Part shown: one piece after another, positions 41,324 to 51,873 of the stretch
Layout of the letters: each line of letters starts with the position of its first letter
Numbering within the stretch: position 1 is the first letter of the stretch
Source: an uncultured Verrucomicrobiae bacterium
Lineage (GTDB): Bacteria > Verrucomicrobiota > Verrucomicrobiia > Limisphaerales > DSYF01
DNA length: 64,000 nucleotides
NCBI GenBank assembly: GCA_963751435.1
Contig: CAVVUP010000007.1
Coordinates: 9,380-73,379 of the forward strand
Direction: 5' to 3'
Position numbers and translations under genes: made by a program
Notes under the pieces: model-generated
What the model was told of the DNA's origin: nothing
Databases searched by the model: none
What the model saw: only the letters and a program-made list of their open reading frames with translations

Positions 41324-42011
41324 CATCACGCGAGAAAATCCTGGGCCGGATTCGAGAAGCCTTGCAGGCCAAAGCCCCGGTGCCCGGGCACCACGGGGAC
41401 ACCGTGGCAACCGCCACGACCGCAACCGACGCCCAGGGCATCCGGCAATGGCTGCCGCCGGTGGGCGCGTCCTGGGACCAGCAACGCGATCTCTTTGCGA
41501 CAGAACTCCGCCGCGCTAAAAACCGAGTTCAAGGTCGTGGCCGATGCGGCGGCGGCGGGCGCGGAGATCCAGCGCATCGCCGAAGCCGATCGCTGGCAGC
41601 GGGTGGCGGCGCACCGGACGCCCCTGTTGGAGCAGGTCCTCGCCTCCACCGCCGTGAAGAAGCTTTGGACCGATGCCGGCCTGGCCACCGCGGATCTCGA
41701 GGCGTGCGACGCCGGGGTGACCGCCTGCGAGGCGCTGGTGGCGCAGACGGGCAGCGTGCTGGTGACCAGGCCGGAGTTCGGGCGGGCGGGCGCTCTCCGT
41801 GCTGCCGCCGCACCACATCGTCATTGCCCGGCGCGAGCAACTGGTGCCGGACCTGTCGGCGGCGTTCGCCCTGCTGAAGGAGAAATACGGCACCCACTTC
41901 CCCAGCATGATCTCCTTCATCACCGGCCCGAGCCGCACCGGCGACATCGAGCGCATCCTCGTCCTCGGCGCGCACGGCCCCAAGAAACTGACCGTGCTCT
42001 GTTTGGGGTAG
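41320..42011 (+). CDS. lutC: Lactate utilization protein C (LUD domain), indels
   Basis: [45 protein letters not shown]. Confidence 0.88.
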
Positions 42012-42015
42012 AGGC

Positions 42016-42567
42016 CTACACGACTTCGCGATAGACGTCCGGATGAGGGCGGGAGAGAACGACGGCATTCACCAGCACGCCGGCGTCGGCGATGACCTTG
42101 CGTCCGGCGGCCACGGCGGCGTTCACGGAAGCGACGTCGCCGGTCATGGTGCAGAAGGCTTTCCCCCCGAGGGCCATGGCCAGGCGGACTTCGAGCAACT
42201 GGACACTGGCGGACTTGGCCACCGCGTCGGCGGCCTGGATCAGGGTGGCGACGTTGAAGGATTCGAGGATGCCGAGGGCGCCGTTGGGTTCCACCGGTTG
42301 GGTGCGGCCGAGGGCGACAAACACGTCCTGGTGCAGGTTGGCCACCACGAGGCTGTCGATCAGGCACCCCCCGGCGGCTTCGCTGCCGGCTTCCACAGCA
42401 GCCTCGACCGCGGCGGTGTCCCCGCCGATCAAGACCATGTATTTGCCCGAGCAGATGGAGCGCGAGAGCAGCAGGCGCACGTTGCCGGCCTTGAGCATGG
42501 TGTCCGCCACGGCAAATCCCGCCGCGACGCTCGACAACTCGATCAAACCAATGGATTTCTCGCTCAT
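42016..42567 (-). CDS. pduT: Tandem-domain BMC shell protein, PduT-like
   Basis: IGLIELSSVAAG..ADTMLKA, ICSGKY (conserved Cys), second domain ALGILESF..ADAVAKSA..GGKAF. Confidence 0.85.
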   Translation of the reverse strand: MSEKSIGLIELSSVAAGFAVADTMLKAGNVRLLLSRSICSGKYMVLIGGDTAAVEAAVEAGSEAAGGCLIDSLVVANLHQDVFVALGRTQPVEPNGALGILESFNVATLIQAADAVAKSASVQLLEVRLAMALGGKAFCTMTGDVASVNAAVAAGRKVIADAGVLVNAVVLSRPHPDVYREVV

Positions 42568-42568
42568 G

Positions 42569-43882
42569 TTACCTTTCGAGGACAATCTGCTGTTCAGTCA
42601 GTTCGCGCACGAGTGCATCCACGGGGGCATGCAGCATCGCGCCGAGCGCATTGGGCGCAGGCTCGCCGAGGATCTGCCCGGCCGTCACGCGCTCGCCCAC
42701 CTTCACCTTGGCCACACAGGCGGTCCCGGCGCTTTGTTTCAAGGGCAGAACCAGGCGTGAGGGCGCCAGTTCCACACCCGTGAAGGGCGCGGGGAGATCA
42801 AAGGCTTCCACATGCAGCTTGCGCGTCAGGGTCTTGATCGGCACCCGACGCCCGTCATGCATGGCGTGCGGTTTGGGATTCATCGGCCCCGTCCACTTGA
42901 TGCTCTTGCGCCGCATCTCGGCCTTGGCATCGTCGCAGGCCTCCTTGGGATACAGTTCCTCGGGGCATGAATAGAGGGTGCAGAGCCCGCAGGAACAACA
43001 CATGGCGGCCCACTGGTTGTAGTAATCGGCCCCGGTGGCGGTGAACGCCAGGCTGCGCATGACCTGGTGCGGCTCGACGGCATAGCCCAGCAGGAAGCGG
43101 GGACAGTATTCAGTGCAGTAGCGGCACTGGTCGCAGGCCGACTTGCCGATCTGGGCCTGGACCTTGTTCGGCTTGAGCTTGCGCTCCATGACGTGGTGGC
43201 TGCGGGGCAGGATGACCACCCCCGTGTCCGTCTTGGTCACCGGCGTGTCCAGATTGTCGGTGGTCCGGCCCATCATCAGCCCGCCGAGGCACAGCACCGG
43301 GTCGTCGGTGGCCACCCCCCCGGCGGCCTCGATGCATTCGCGGTAAGAGATGCCGACGGGCACCCGCAACGTGACCGGGGACCGCACGGCGCCGGCGATG
43401 GTGATCATCTTGCGCGTCACCGGACGGCCCTGTTCCGCCGCCGCGATATTGACGAACGTCTCGACGTTGTTGACCACGACGCCCACGTTGATGGGGATGC
43501 CGCCGGGCGGGATGAGGCGTCCGGTCACATTGAAGACCAGGTCGTATTCGTCCCCGGCAGGATAATAGTCGCCCAGCAACTGCACGCGGACCTTCGTTCC
43601 CTGGCAGGCGTTTGAAACCGCCTCGACGGCTTTCTTCTTCTTGCCCTTGATGCCGATGACGCCATCCCTGGCTCCGACGGCTTCCATGGCCAACTGCATG
43701 CCGCGCACCAGTTCGGCAGCGTTCTGTTCCATCACCACCGCGTCCTTGTGAAGCAGCGGTTCGCACTCGGCGCCGTTGGCGATGACCGTATCCGCCTTCG
43801 CGGCAAGCTTGACGTGGGTTGGGAAACCGCCGCCCCCGGCGCCCACCACCCCGGCCTGCCTGACCTGGTCCGCGAGATTCAT
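42569..43882 (-). CDS. pduS: PduS/RnfC-like flavin Fe-S oxidoreductase
   Basis: AGVVGAGGGGFPTHVKL, NGAECEPLL, YPAGDE, CDQCRYCTEYCP, CCSCGLCTLYSCP. Confidence 0.85.
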   Translation of the reverse strand: MNLADQVRQAGVVGAGGGGFPTHVKLAAKADTVIANGAECEPLLHKDAVVMEQNAAELVRGMQLAMEAVGARDGVIGIKGKKKKAVEAVSNACQGTKVRVQLLGDYYPAGDEYDLVFNVTGRLIPPGGIPINVGVVVNNVETFVNIAAAEQGRPVTRKMITIAGAVRSPVTLRVPVGISYRECIEAAGGVATDDPVLCLGGLMMGRTTDNLDTPVTKTDTGVVILPRSHHVMERKLKPNKVQAQIGKSACDQCRYCTEYCPRFLLGYAVEPHQVMRSLAFTATGADYYNQWAAMCCSCGLCTLYSCPEELYPKEACDDAKAEMRRKSIKWTGPMNPKPHAMHDGRRVPIKTLTRKLHVEAFDLPAPFTGVELAPSRLVLPLKQSAGTACVAKVKVGERVTAGQILGEPAPNALGAMLHAPVDALVRELTEQQIVLER

Positions 43883-43891
43883 GGCGTGAAA

Positions 43892-44964
43892 CTATTTCAG
43901 TTGTGCCAGGATCTGATCCGTGATGGCCTGCACGGCAGCCTCGGCATCGGGATCGCTCCCGGCGCCGTCGCTTTCCTTGGGCGGAATCTGGCAGGTGACA
44001 CCCGGACGCCACTCGCCGTTGTCGCACAGTTCGCATTCCTTCAGGCTGTAACGCGGGTCCACGAAGCCGAGGCTCTGCTTGATGTTGAGCAGGTCCTTCA
44101 TCTGCGGCCGGCGTGAAGGTGTTGGGCGGCTTGCCGAGTTGCGCGGCCACCACGAGCGTGCGGCAATAGGCCTCGATGATCTCCATGCGCCAGTAGGCTT
44201 CCTCGATGTTGTTGTGGCTCCAGGTCACGACGCCGTGGTTGGCCATGAGGATGGTGTTGTACTGGTCCGCCAGGTCGGCGACGAGCTTGCCCATCTCCGG
44301 CGAGCCCGGCGTGCGATACGGCGCGACGGCGACGGACACAAAACACTTCGTACTCCGGGAACATGCAGGTCGGCGGCGCGATGCCGGCCACCGCGAACGC
44401 CGTGGCGTACGGCGGATGGCAATGGCAGGTGGCGACCGCCTTGGGCTGCCGCTTCATCATCTGCAAGTGCATCAGGATTTCGCTGGTGCGCTTCTTGGCG
44501 CCCAGCAGCTGGTTGCCCTCGAAGTCCACCAGGCACATGTCCTCGGGCTTCAGCGAGCCTTTGCTGACCAGCGTGGGCGTGCAGATGGCGATGTCCTCGC
44601 CGACGCGGATGGCCATGTTGCCGCCGTTGCCGTCCACGTAGGCGCGCTTCCAGAGGCGATGGCCCATCTCGCAAATCTGCTCCTTCAAGCTCGTGCGCGT
44701 AAGGCGAGTTGAAGAACGCCTCGAGTTCCGCCTTCGGCGCTCTTCGAGGTGAGCGTCTTGCGTGGGCGGCGCGGGCTTGGCACCGGCAGCGGGAGCGGGC
44801 GGCCGCAAGAGCTGGCGACCGACTTGCCAGCCGCCGGATTCTCCAAGTCCTGCAGAAAATCCCGCGCCGACGGCGTGAGAATCGCGTCCGCCGGCAGACT
44901 GCGCAGATCCTGTCCGGATGCGCACCATCTGTTCCAAATCTCTCAAGCTGATGACGTTTTTCAT
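43892..44964 (-). CDS. Class II aldolase (rhamnulose/fuculose-1-P type) with C-terminal encapsulation peptide; indels
   Basis: DGNGGNMAIR, CTPTLVSKG, TSEILMHL, HCHPPYATAFA, LMANHGVV; tail DAEAAVQAITDQILAQLK. Confidence 0.88.
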
Positions 44965-44995
44965 TGGCTGTATCCTTCCAGTCATTCCGACCGTT

Positions 44996-45301
44996 TCAAC
45001 CCTTCCACGGGTTGTAAAACATTTCGTCCACCAACGCGGCGTTGATGGCGTCCACCGGCGTCGGAACTGCAAACGGCTGCGCGGCTTCCGCGGCCTTCCT
45101 CGTAGCCGATCACCTGGCCCACGCCGCCGCCGATGTCGTCATAGACCACCAGGCTGGGTCCTTGCCCATGCTGAGCGGCGCCTCCAGCCCGCGCTGGTAT
45201 TGCTCGCGGCTGAACGGGCTCACGACCAGAAACCGCCCGCCTTTCAGAGCCGGCACCGTCTGGCTCAAGGTCACCCGTCCGATGACGGTTCCCAGTTTCA
45301 C
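44996..45301 (-). CDS. BMC vertex protein (EutN/CcmL family), indels
   Basis: [13 protein letters not shown]..., LVVYDDIGGGVGQ, EAAQPF..PVDA. Confidence 0.82.
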
Positions 45302-45575
45302 ACGCGCACCCCCGGTTCATGCTCATCCACGATCGCCGATGACCAGCCAGCGCACCGGACTGCGGTCGTCGCCCACGGCCTTGCGGGCGCCAGCCGTCCG
45401 ACGAAATGACCACCTGCTGGTGCATGCCCGCGCCGTGCGCATCAATCGCCACCTGCGGCGCACCTTCCGGCTGACCGTCCGCGCTGATCGGCTGGCAGAT
45501 CACCAGCCGCCAGCCCTCGAGACTCGGATGTTTCCGGGTCGCCACGATGTTGCCTTCGACGCGGGCTAGGAGCAT
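45298..45575 (-). CDS. BMC vertex protein (EutN/CcmL family), indels
   Basis: [34 protein letters not shown]. Confidence 0.85.
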
Positions 45576-45678
45576 GGAGCGATGGAGTAAAGGGTGATTG
45601 GAGTGATGGACCGCGGACAAAGCCCTTTCCAACACTCCAGCATTCCACCCCTCCGTCTGGCCTCTTCCAGTTTCACAC

Positions 45679-47214
45679 TCAATAAATCCTGAGATTGTCC
45701 ACCATCACGCAGCGGCGGACGCGCGTGAACGTGCGCGGGTTGCGTGATGCCTTCGCCGGTGGGCGTGGCGATGGAGAAACTCAGGTAGCCTTCGCCGCCC
45801 AGCCCCAGCCCGGCCATGCAGGGGCCGTTCTTGACGAACAGCGTCGTGTCCAGCGCGCGCGCCATGGCGGTCATGTTCTCCACATCGTGCGAATGGATGA
45901 TGGCCGGTGTGCTTGTAGTCGTGCTCGGATTGCAGCGCCAGCGCGATGCCTTCCTCGACGCTCTTCACGCGCACGATGGGCATGAACGGCATCATCTGCT
46001 CCTCCTGCACGAACGGATGCTTCGCGTCGGTCTCGCGCAAACAGCAACTGCGTGTCCGGCCGGCATGTTCACCCCGGCCGCCTGCGCCAGCACCGACGCG
46101 TCTTTGCCGATGAAATCCTTGTTCACGCTGGCATGCGCGCAACCGCCGCCCTGCCCTTCCTTGAAGGTGAACGCGGCCTTGGTCAGGCGATCGAGCTGGG
46201 ACGCGTTCAGCTTGACCGCGCCGTTCTTCTCCATCTCGGCCATCAACTTGTCCGCGACGGTGTCGAGCACGAACACCTCCTTCTCGCCGATGCACAGCAG
46301 GTTGTTGTCGTAGGCGCCGCCCCTGAAATGATCGCCTTGCGCGGCGCGCGTCGGACAGCAGGTGTCGTCCACGAACACCGGCGGATTGCCGGGGCCGGCG
46401 CAGATGGCGCGCTTGCCGGTCTGCATCGCGGCCTTGACCACCACCGGTCCGCCGGTGACCAGCAGCAACTTGACGTTCGCGTCTTTGCAGATGGCGTTGA
46501 AGGAATCCAGCGTGGGCTTCTCGATCGATGCAGGCGATGTTCTCGATGCCGGTCTCGCGATAAGATGGCCTCGTTGTAGGCGCGCACGGCCATGGCCGCG
46601 CAACTGGCGGCGCTCGGGATGCGCGTTGAACACCACCGCGTTGCCGGCGGCACACGATGTTCACGATGTTGCCGCTCAAGCGTGGGAATGGAATGCGTGC
46701 TGGGCGTGACCGCGCCGACGACGCCGAACGGCGTGTATTCCTCCAGCGTGATGCCGTGGTCGCCGCTGCGGCCATCGGGCCGGAGCCAATCCACACCCGG
46801 AACCAGCTTGATGATCTGCAGCTTCTCGATCTTGTGATCGAGCCGGCCGATCTTCGTCTCGTCCAACTCCAATCTGCCCCAGCTCTCGGCGTTCTTCTCC
46901 GCCATCGTCTTGACGATCTCTTCGATCTTGCGCCGGGCTGCGACGCCCTTCTGCTTGAGTTGCAGGAACGCCTCCTGGGCCGCCGCGCAGGCCTCGTGCG
47001 GCGTCGGTGAACACGCCGAACTTGACCGCGACTGACCGCGCTGGAGCGAGCCGGCTTGGCCGGGCAACCGCAGGCGGCGGCGGGAGCCGGTGCCGGAGCG
47101 GAGGGCGGAGCCACCTTGGCGGGCACAACCGGCGCAACGGCCGGCGTTCCCCCAAGGCGGCCCAAGCACATCGGCCACCACGTCCCGGATCAGGCGTTCA
47201 TTCAAAGCTTTCAT
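45679..47214 (-). CDS. CoA-acylating aldehyde dehydrogenase (EutE/PduP-like) with N-terminal encapsulation peptide; many indels
   Basis: [77 protein letters not shown]. Confidence 0.9.
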
Positions 47215-47220
47215 AGTCGG

Positions 47221-47531
47221 TTAATTCTTTGCGCTGAAAATTTCTTTCCCGAGCACATCCACGGTATCCACGATGCCGATGATGACGGCGTCCACCGGGG
47301 CGTCCTTCATGCCGGCGCCAGGCGGGCGCTGAACTGCCCTGGCAGAACATCACCATCTCCCCAACCCCGCCCCCACACTGTCCACGGCCACGATGGTGTT
47401 CGCGCCCGGTCGGAACTTGGTCGGGTCCTTTTCGTCCACCAACTGCGGGCGGAGCAGCAGCAGCTTGCGCCCGCTCATGGACGGATCTTTCTTGGTGGCG
47501 ACCACGCGCCTTCGACTTTGGCGAGGAACAT
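47221..47531 (-). CDS. BMC vertex protein (EutN/CcmL family), one indel
   Basis: MFLAKVEG..VVATKKDPSMSGRKLL, VAVDSVGAG, QGSSAR, PVDAVIIGIVD. Confidence 0.88.
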
Positions 47532-47672
47532 GGTTCGTGAATGGTGAATGGTTACATCGTCACACCGCTAACACTATTGCATCGTGAACCGCAACTCATC
47601 CGCACCGGCTCCGGCAACAAGGGGCGTCGGCCGAGGCAGCGTTGCAACGATTCAACGCCTGCACGGGGATGC

Positions 47673-47955
47673 CTACTTCTTCTTCGGCAACACCGCTTCC
47701 ACGTCCGCGTGCGGGCGGGCGATGACGTGCACGCTGACCAGTTCGCCTTTGATGGCTTTGATGGCCTGCGCGCCGGCGTCGGTGGCGGCCTTGACGGCGG
47801 CGACGTCGCCGACGACGACGGCGGTGACCAGGGCGTTGCCGACCTGGGTCATCGGGCCGACGAGTTCGCACGTTCGCGGCTTTGAGCATCGCGTCCGTGC
47901 CCTCGACGAGGGCGACCAGTCCGCGGGTTTCGATCATTCCAATTGCTTGAGCCAT
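47673..47955 (-). CDS. BMC hexamer shell protein, one indel
   Basis: [34 protein letters not shown]. Confidence 0.9.
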
Positions 47956-48015
47956 AGTTTTATCTTTTCTGTTGTCGGTTAGTTCGTTGCTTAAATGGTT
48001 ACTGTCACTGGCAAA

Positions 48016-49213
48016 TCAGTTTGTTCCGCTTTCCAAAAGACGCTTGGCTTCCCGCGCCACGACCAGTTCTTCGTTGGTCGGAATCACCAGAACCTTCACC
48101 CGCGAGCCCGGCGTGCTGATGACCGCTTCGGTGGCGCGCGCCGCGCGTTGGCTTCCGGGTCGAGCTCGATCCCGAGCTGGTCGAGGTTCGCGCAAATGTG
48201 CGGCGCGCAACTCAGCTGCGGTTCTCGCCGATGCCGGCGGTGAACACGATGGCGTCCGCGCCGTCCATCTCGAAGAAGTAGCTGCCGATCCAATGCCGCG
48301 CGCTGGCCGTGAACACCTCCAGGGCCAGCTTGGCCTGCGCGTTGCCCTGCGCCGCCGCCTCGGCAATGTCGCGAACGTCATTCGACACGCCGCTCAGCCC
48401 CTTGAGTCCGGACTCCTTGGTGAGCTGGCGCTGGGCTTCGTCGAGGCTGATGCCCAGCGTCTTCACCGCGTAAGGGATCGCTTCCGCATCCAGGTCGCCC
48501 ACCCGGTTGTTCTGCGGCAAGCCGGACTGCGGGCTCATGCCCATGCTGTTGCCGATGGCCACGCCGTTGCGGATCCCGGTGATGCTCGAACTGCCGCCCA
48601 GATGGCAGGAAATCACGCGCAGACCGGGTTCGCGAACCGGCGTTTCGCCGCCGATCCACGTAGAGCCGGCGCACGCGCTCGGCGACATCGGGGCGGCCCA
48701 GCAATTCCGCCGAGCGTTCGGCGATGAACTTGTGGCTGGCGCCATGGAATCCCCAGCGGCGCACGCCGGTCTCGTGCCAGGCTTCCGGCACGGCGTAGCG
48801 CATCATCGCCTCGGGCGCAAACTGGTAAAACGCTGTCTCGAACAGCCCGATCAGCGGCACCCCGGGCATGCGTCTTCGCGAACAGCCGGATGCCGGTGAT
48901 GTAAGGCGGATTGTGCGCGGGCGCGAGGCCGTTGTAAGGCCTCCATCGCCGCCAGCACGTCGCTCGTCGAGCCGCACGCAGCCGGTCACGCCCTTGGCCA
49001 TCACCGTCTTGAAGCCGACCGCGGCCAGGTCGCTTTCGCTGCGCAATGTGCCCGCCCGTCTTGAGCTGCCGCCAGGCAATCCTCGATCGCCTTCGGATAA
49101 TCGCTCACGCGCTCGAAGCCGCCCTTGTGCAGCAGGCGCTCGGCGCCGTTCGAAAAATCGAACAGCCGCCACTTGAGCGAGGTCGAGCCGATATTGGCGA
49201 CGAGGATCTTCAT
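48016..49213 (-). CDS. ackA: Acetate/acyl kinase, many indels
   Basis: MKILVANIGSTSLK, FETAF, RRWGFHGASH, CHLGGSSS, SMGMSP, FTAGIGEN, VIPTNEE. Confidence 0.88.
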
Positions 49214-49289
49214 AACGCGAAACTCGGAACGAGAAACGCGAAACCATGGCACGGACCGCGACTATTCCGCGCTCCGCGCCCCGCGCTCA

Positions 49290-49568
49290 CTACTGCAGCC
49301 ACTTGCCGAGACCAGCGAGGTCCTCGTGCGGACGCGGAATCACCTGCACGCTGACCACGGCGCCCACCTGGGACGCGGCGGCCGCGCCGGCATCGGTGGC
49401 GGCTTTCACCGCGGCCACGTCGCCGCGGAAAAAGCCGGTCACATAACCGCTGCCGATCTTTTCCCAGCCGGTCATGGTGACATTGGCGGCCTTGAGCGCG
49501 GCGTCGCAGGCTTCGAGCAGGGCGCAGAGGCCCTTGCATTCAATCATTCCAATTGCTTGCTGTGCCAT
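49290..49568 (-). CDS. BMC hexamer shell protein
   Basis: [34 protein letters not shown]. Confidence 0.93.
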   Translation of the reverse strand: MAQQAIGMIECKGLCALLEACDAALKAANVTMTGWEKIGSGYVTGFFRGDVAAVKAATDAGAAAASQVGAVVSVQVIPRPHEDLAGLGKWLQ

Positions 49569-49607
49569 AATTGATTCGAAGTTGATTGTTGAAAATGCGG
49601 GGATGGG

Positions 49608-49902
49608 TTACTTGGCACCGGCTTTGGCGCCTTCGCCGAGGAAGGCCTTGAGCAGGTCTTCATGCGGACGGGCGATGATGTGCGAACTGACGAGTTCGCC
49701 CACCTTGCTGGCCGCCTTGCGACCCGGCGTCCACGGCCGCTTTCACGCTGCCGACATCGCCCTGGGCCAGGACGGTGATCAGCCCGCCGCCGATGGGGAT
49801 GGTTTTGACCAAGGTGACGTTGGCCGCCTTGACCATGGCATCACTGGCTTCCACGCTGCCGATGTAGCCTTTGGTTTCGATCATTCCGATTGCTTCGTTC
49901 AT
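49608..49902 (-). CDS. BMC hexamer shell protein, one indel
   Basis: [35 protein letters not shown]. Confidence 0.9.
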
Positions 49903-49954
49903 AGTTCTTACTGTTCGATGTTGAGTGTTACGTTGCAGAATCCGCTACAATGGG

Positions 49955-50641
49955 TTACCGGACAAGTTCACACGGGCGTGTCGGGCTGGAGATTGCAGGC
50001 GTTGCCTTCGTCGGTGTCAATGTGCACCTCCAGTTTGAAACTCGGGTCCACGCGGCACAGCATCCGATCCAGCGTGATGCCCGCACGTCGCCGCCAATCT
50101 TGAGCTTCATCAAGTCGCCCGTTCTTCACCCCGTAAAAGTCCGCGTCCGTCCGGGTCATGTGCGCGTGGCGCAACGCCCGGATCACGCCCGTCGGTCATT
50201 TCAAAAAATCCGGCCGGCCCCATCAGCATGCAGCCCGGCGTGCCCTTGATGTTGCCGGAAGGCCGCAGCGGAATATCAAAGCCCAGCGCGATGGCATCCG
50301 TGTAGGCCAGCTCCACCTGGTTGAGATTCCGGCACGGACCGAGAATGCGGAGATTGGAAATCACCCGGCTGCGCGGGCCGATGAGCGTGACGGTTTCCTT
50401 CGCGGCAAACTGCCCTTCCTGGTAAAGCCACTTGTGAACCTGAAGCTGATGTCCTTTGCCAAAGAGCGCTTCCACCGCCTCCGGCGTGAGATGGCAATGC
50501 CGGGCACTGACATTCACCACCAGCGGATTGGGCGCGCTGGCGCTGCGGGGCAGCGGCTTGCCGAGCCGCGAGTAAACGGCCTGCCGAACCAAATGCTCGA
50601 CCACGGCCCGATGCGGGGGAGATGTTGATTGCGACTGCCAT
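49955..50641 (-). CDS. pduL: Phosphotransacylase PduL with N-terminal encapsulation peptide; indels
   Basis: VNVSARHCHL, LYQEGQFAAKETV, RILGP, LRPSGNIKGTPG, RHAHMT, VHIDTDEGNA; N-term AVVEHLVRQAVYSRL. Confidence 0.92.
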
Positions 50642-50659
50642 AAGGTCTTGCGAGCCGTC

Positions 50660-50720
50660 TTTTTAGACTGAGTGGCGAACAGAGTCAACAAAATCTTGCA
50701 AAATCTTCCAAAATCTTTCA
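50660..50720. promoter_or_regulatory. BMC operon promoter and tandem 10 bp operator repeats
   Basis: Minus strand TTGACT (50688-50683) N17 TAAAAA (50665-50660); CAAAATCTTN x3 at 50689, 50699, 50709. Confidence 0.65.
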
Positions 50721-50732
50721 CGGTGGACTGCG

Positions 50733-51492
50733 ATGCCGGCAGAAGAGCGCAGAAGCGGATTGAGGAAGTGCTTGTCAACAGGGAGTTTGCGTCCTTGGAA
50801 GAACTCAGCGAGGAGGTGGACGTTTCAGTCTCCACAGTTCGGCGGGACCTCGCCGTGCTTGAAGCCAAGGGGATCCTGAGGCGGACCCATGGCGGCGCGC
50901 GGTTGATTACACCGCGGTCGGACGAATTCACCTTCACCGCGCGCGACACGCATCAACTGGAGGAGAAGGAGGCCATCGGCCGGGCCTGCGCCGAACTGAT
51001 CCGCCCGAATCAGAGCGTGATCATTGACGCGGGCACGACGGTGTACCACGTCGCGCGGTATCTGCAGGAGACAAGTCGCCGCAAATCATCACCAACTCCC
51101 TGCCGGTGGCGCAACTCTTGCCGCGTCCGCCCAGGGTGGAACTGGTCCTCAGCGGCGGCGTGATTTATCCGCGACTGGGCGTGCTGGTCGGGCCGCTGGC
51201 GGTGGAGGCGTTCTCCAAGATCCACGCCGACGTGGCGATCATGAGTGCGGGGGGCATCACGCTGGAAGGCCTGACCAACTCGCACGGCCTGCTGATCGAC
51301 ATCCAACTGGCCATGATGCGCGCCGCAGCCAAGGTGATCTTCTGCCTGGACCACACCAAGTTCGGCCGCAGCTCCGTCGCAACGCTCTGCCCGCTCGATC
51401 CGGTGGACACCATTGTGACCGATGCCGCCGCGCCCCCGGGGCTCGTCGGGCAGTTGCGAGCCAGGGGCATCGAGGTCATCGTCGCTCCCTGA
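50733..51492 (+). CDS. DeoR/GlpR-family transcriptional regulator, indels
   Basis: VSVSTVRRDL, RTHGGA, EKEAIG, IIDAGTT, ITNSL, DHTKFG, IVTD. Confidence 0.92.
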
Positions 51493-51873
51493 CCGTCGAG
51501 CCGGATCGGAAATGGCGTGTCGGGAGTTACACGACACCCGATGGATTGGCCATTGACAGCGGCTGCGCCAGGTCCAATCTGCTGCCCTCATCACACGAGG
51601 TGGGACCGTGACACCATTCAACGGGCCGCAGGCAAAGGACCTCAAGCGCAGCGGCAATCTTTCGGGTAACCCCCTCCATCGGCTGACGCTCATCCTCTCT
51701 GCCATTGGCCTGCAGGGTGCGCTCTGTTCGCCAACGCCGCCCCGCGCCCGCCATTGCCGCCTTGACCAAAGCAGGTCGTCGGGCGGTGGTCGATGGACAC
51801 CCCTCCTTCGTGGTGTTTCAGTGGTCAGGTTTCAGCGTTTCAGCTTTCAGATCTCTGGTACCTTGAAAGACAA

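Noticed and set aside
41146-41877. LutB-LutC fusion
   Set aside because: An ATGA overlap at 41320-41323 indicates separate genes joined by one extra base
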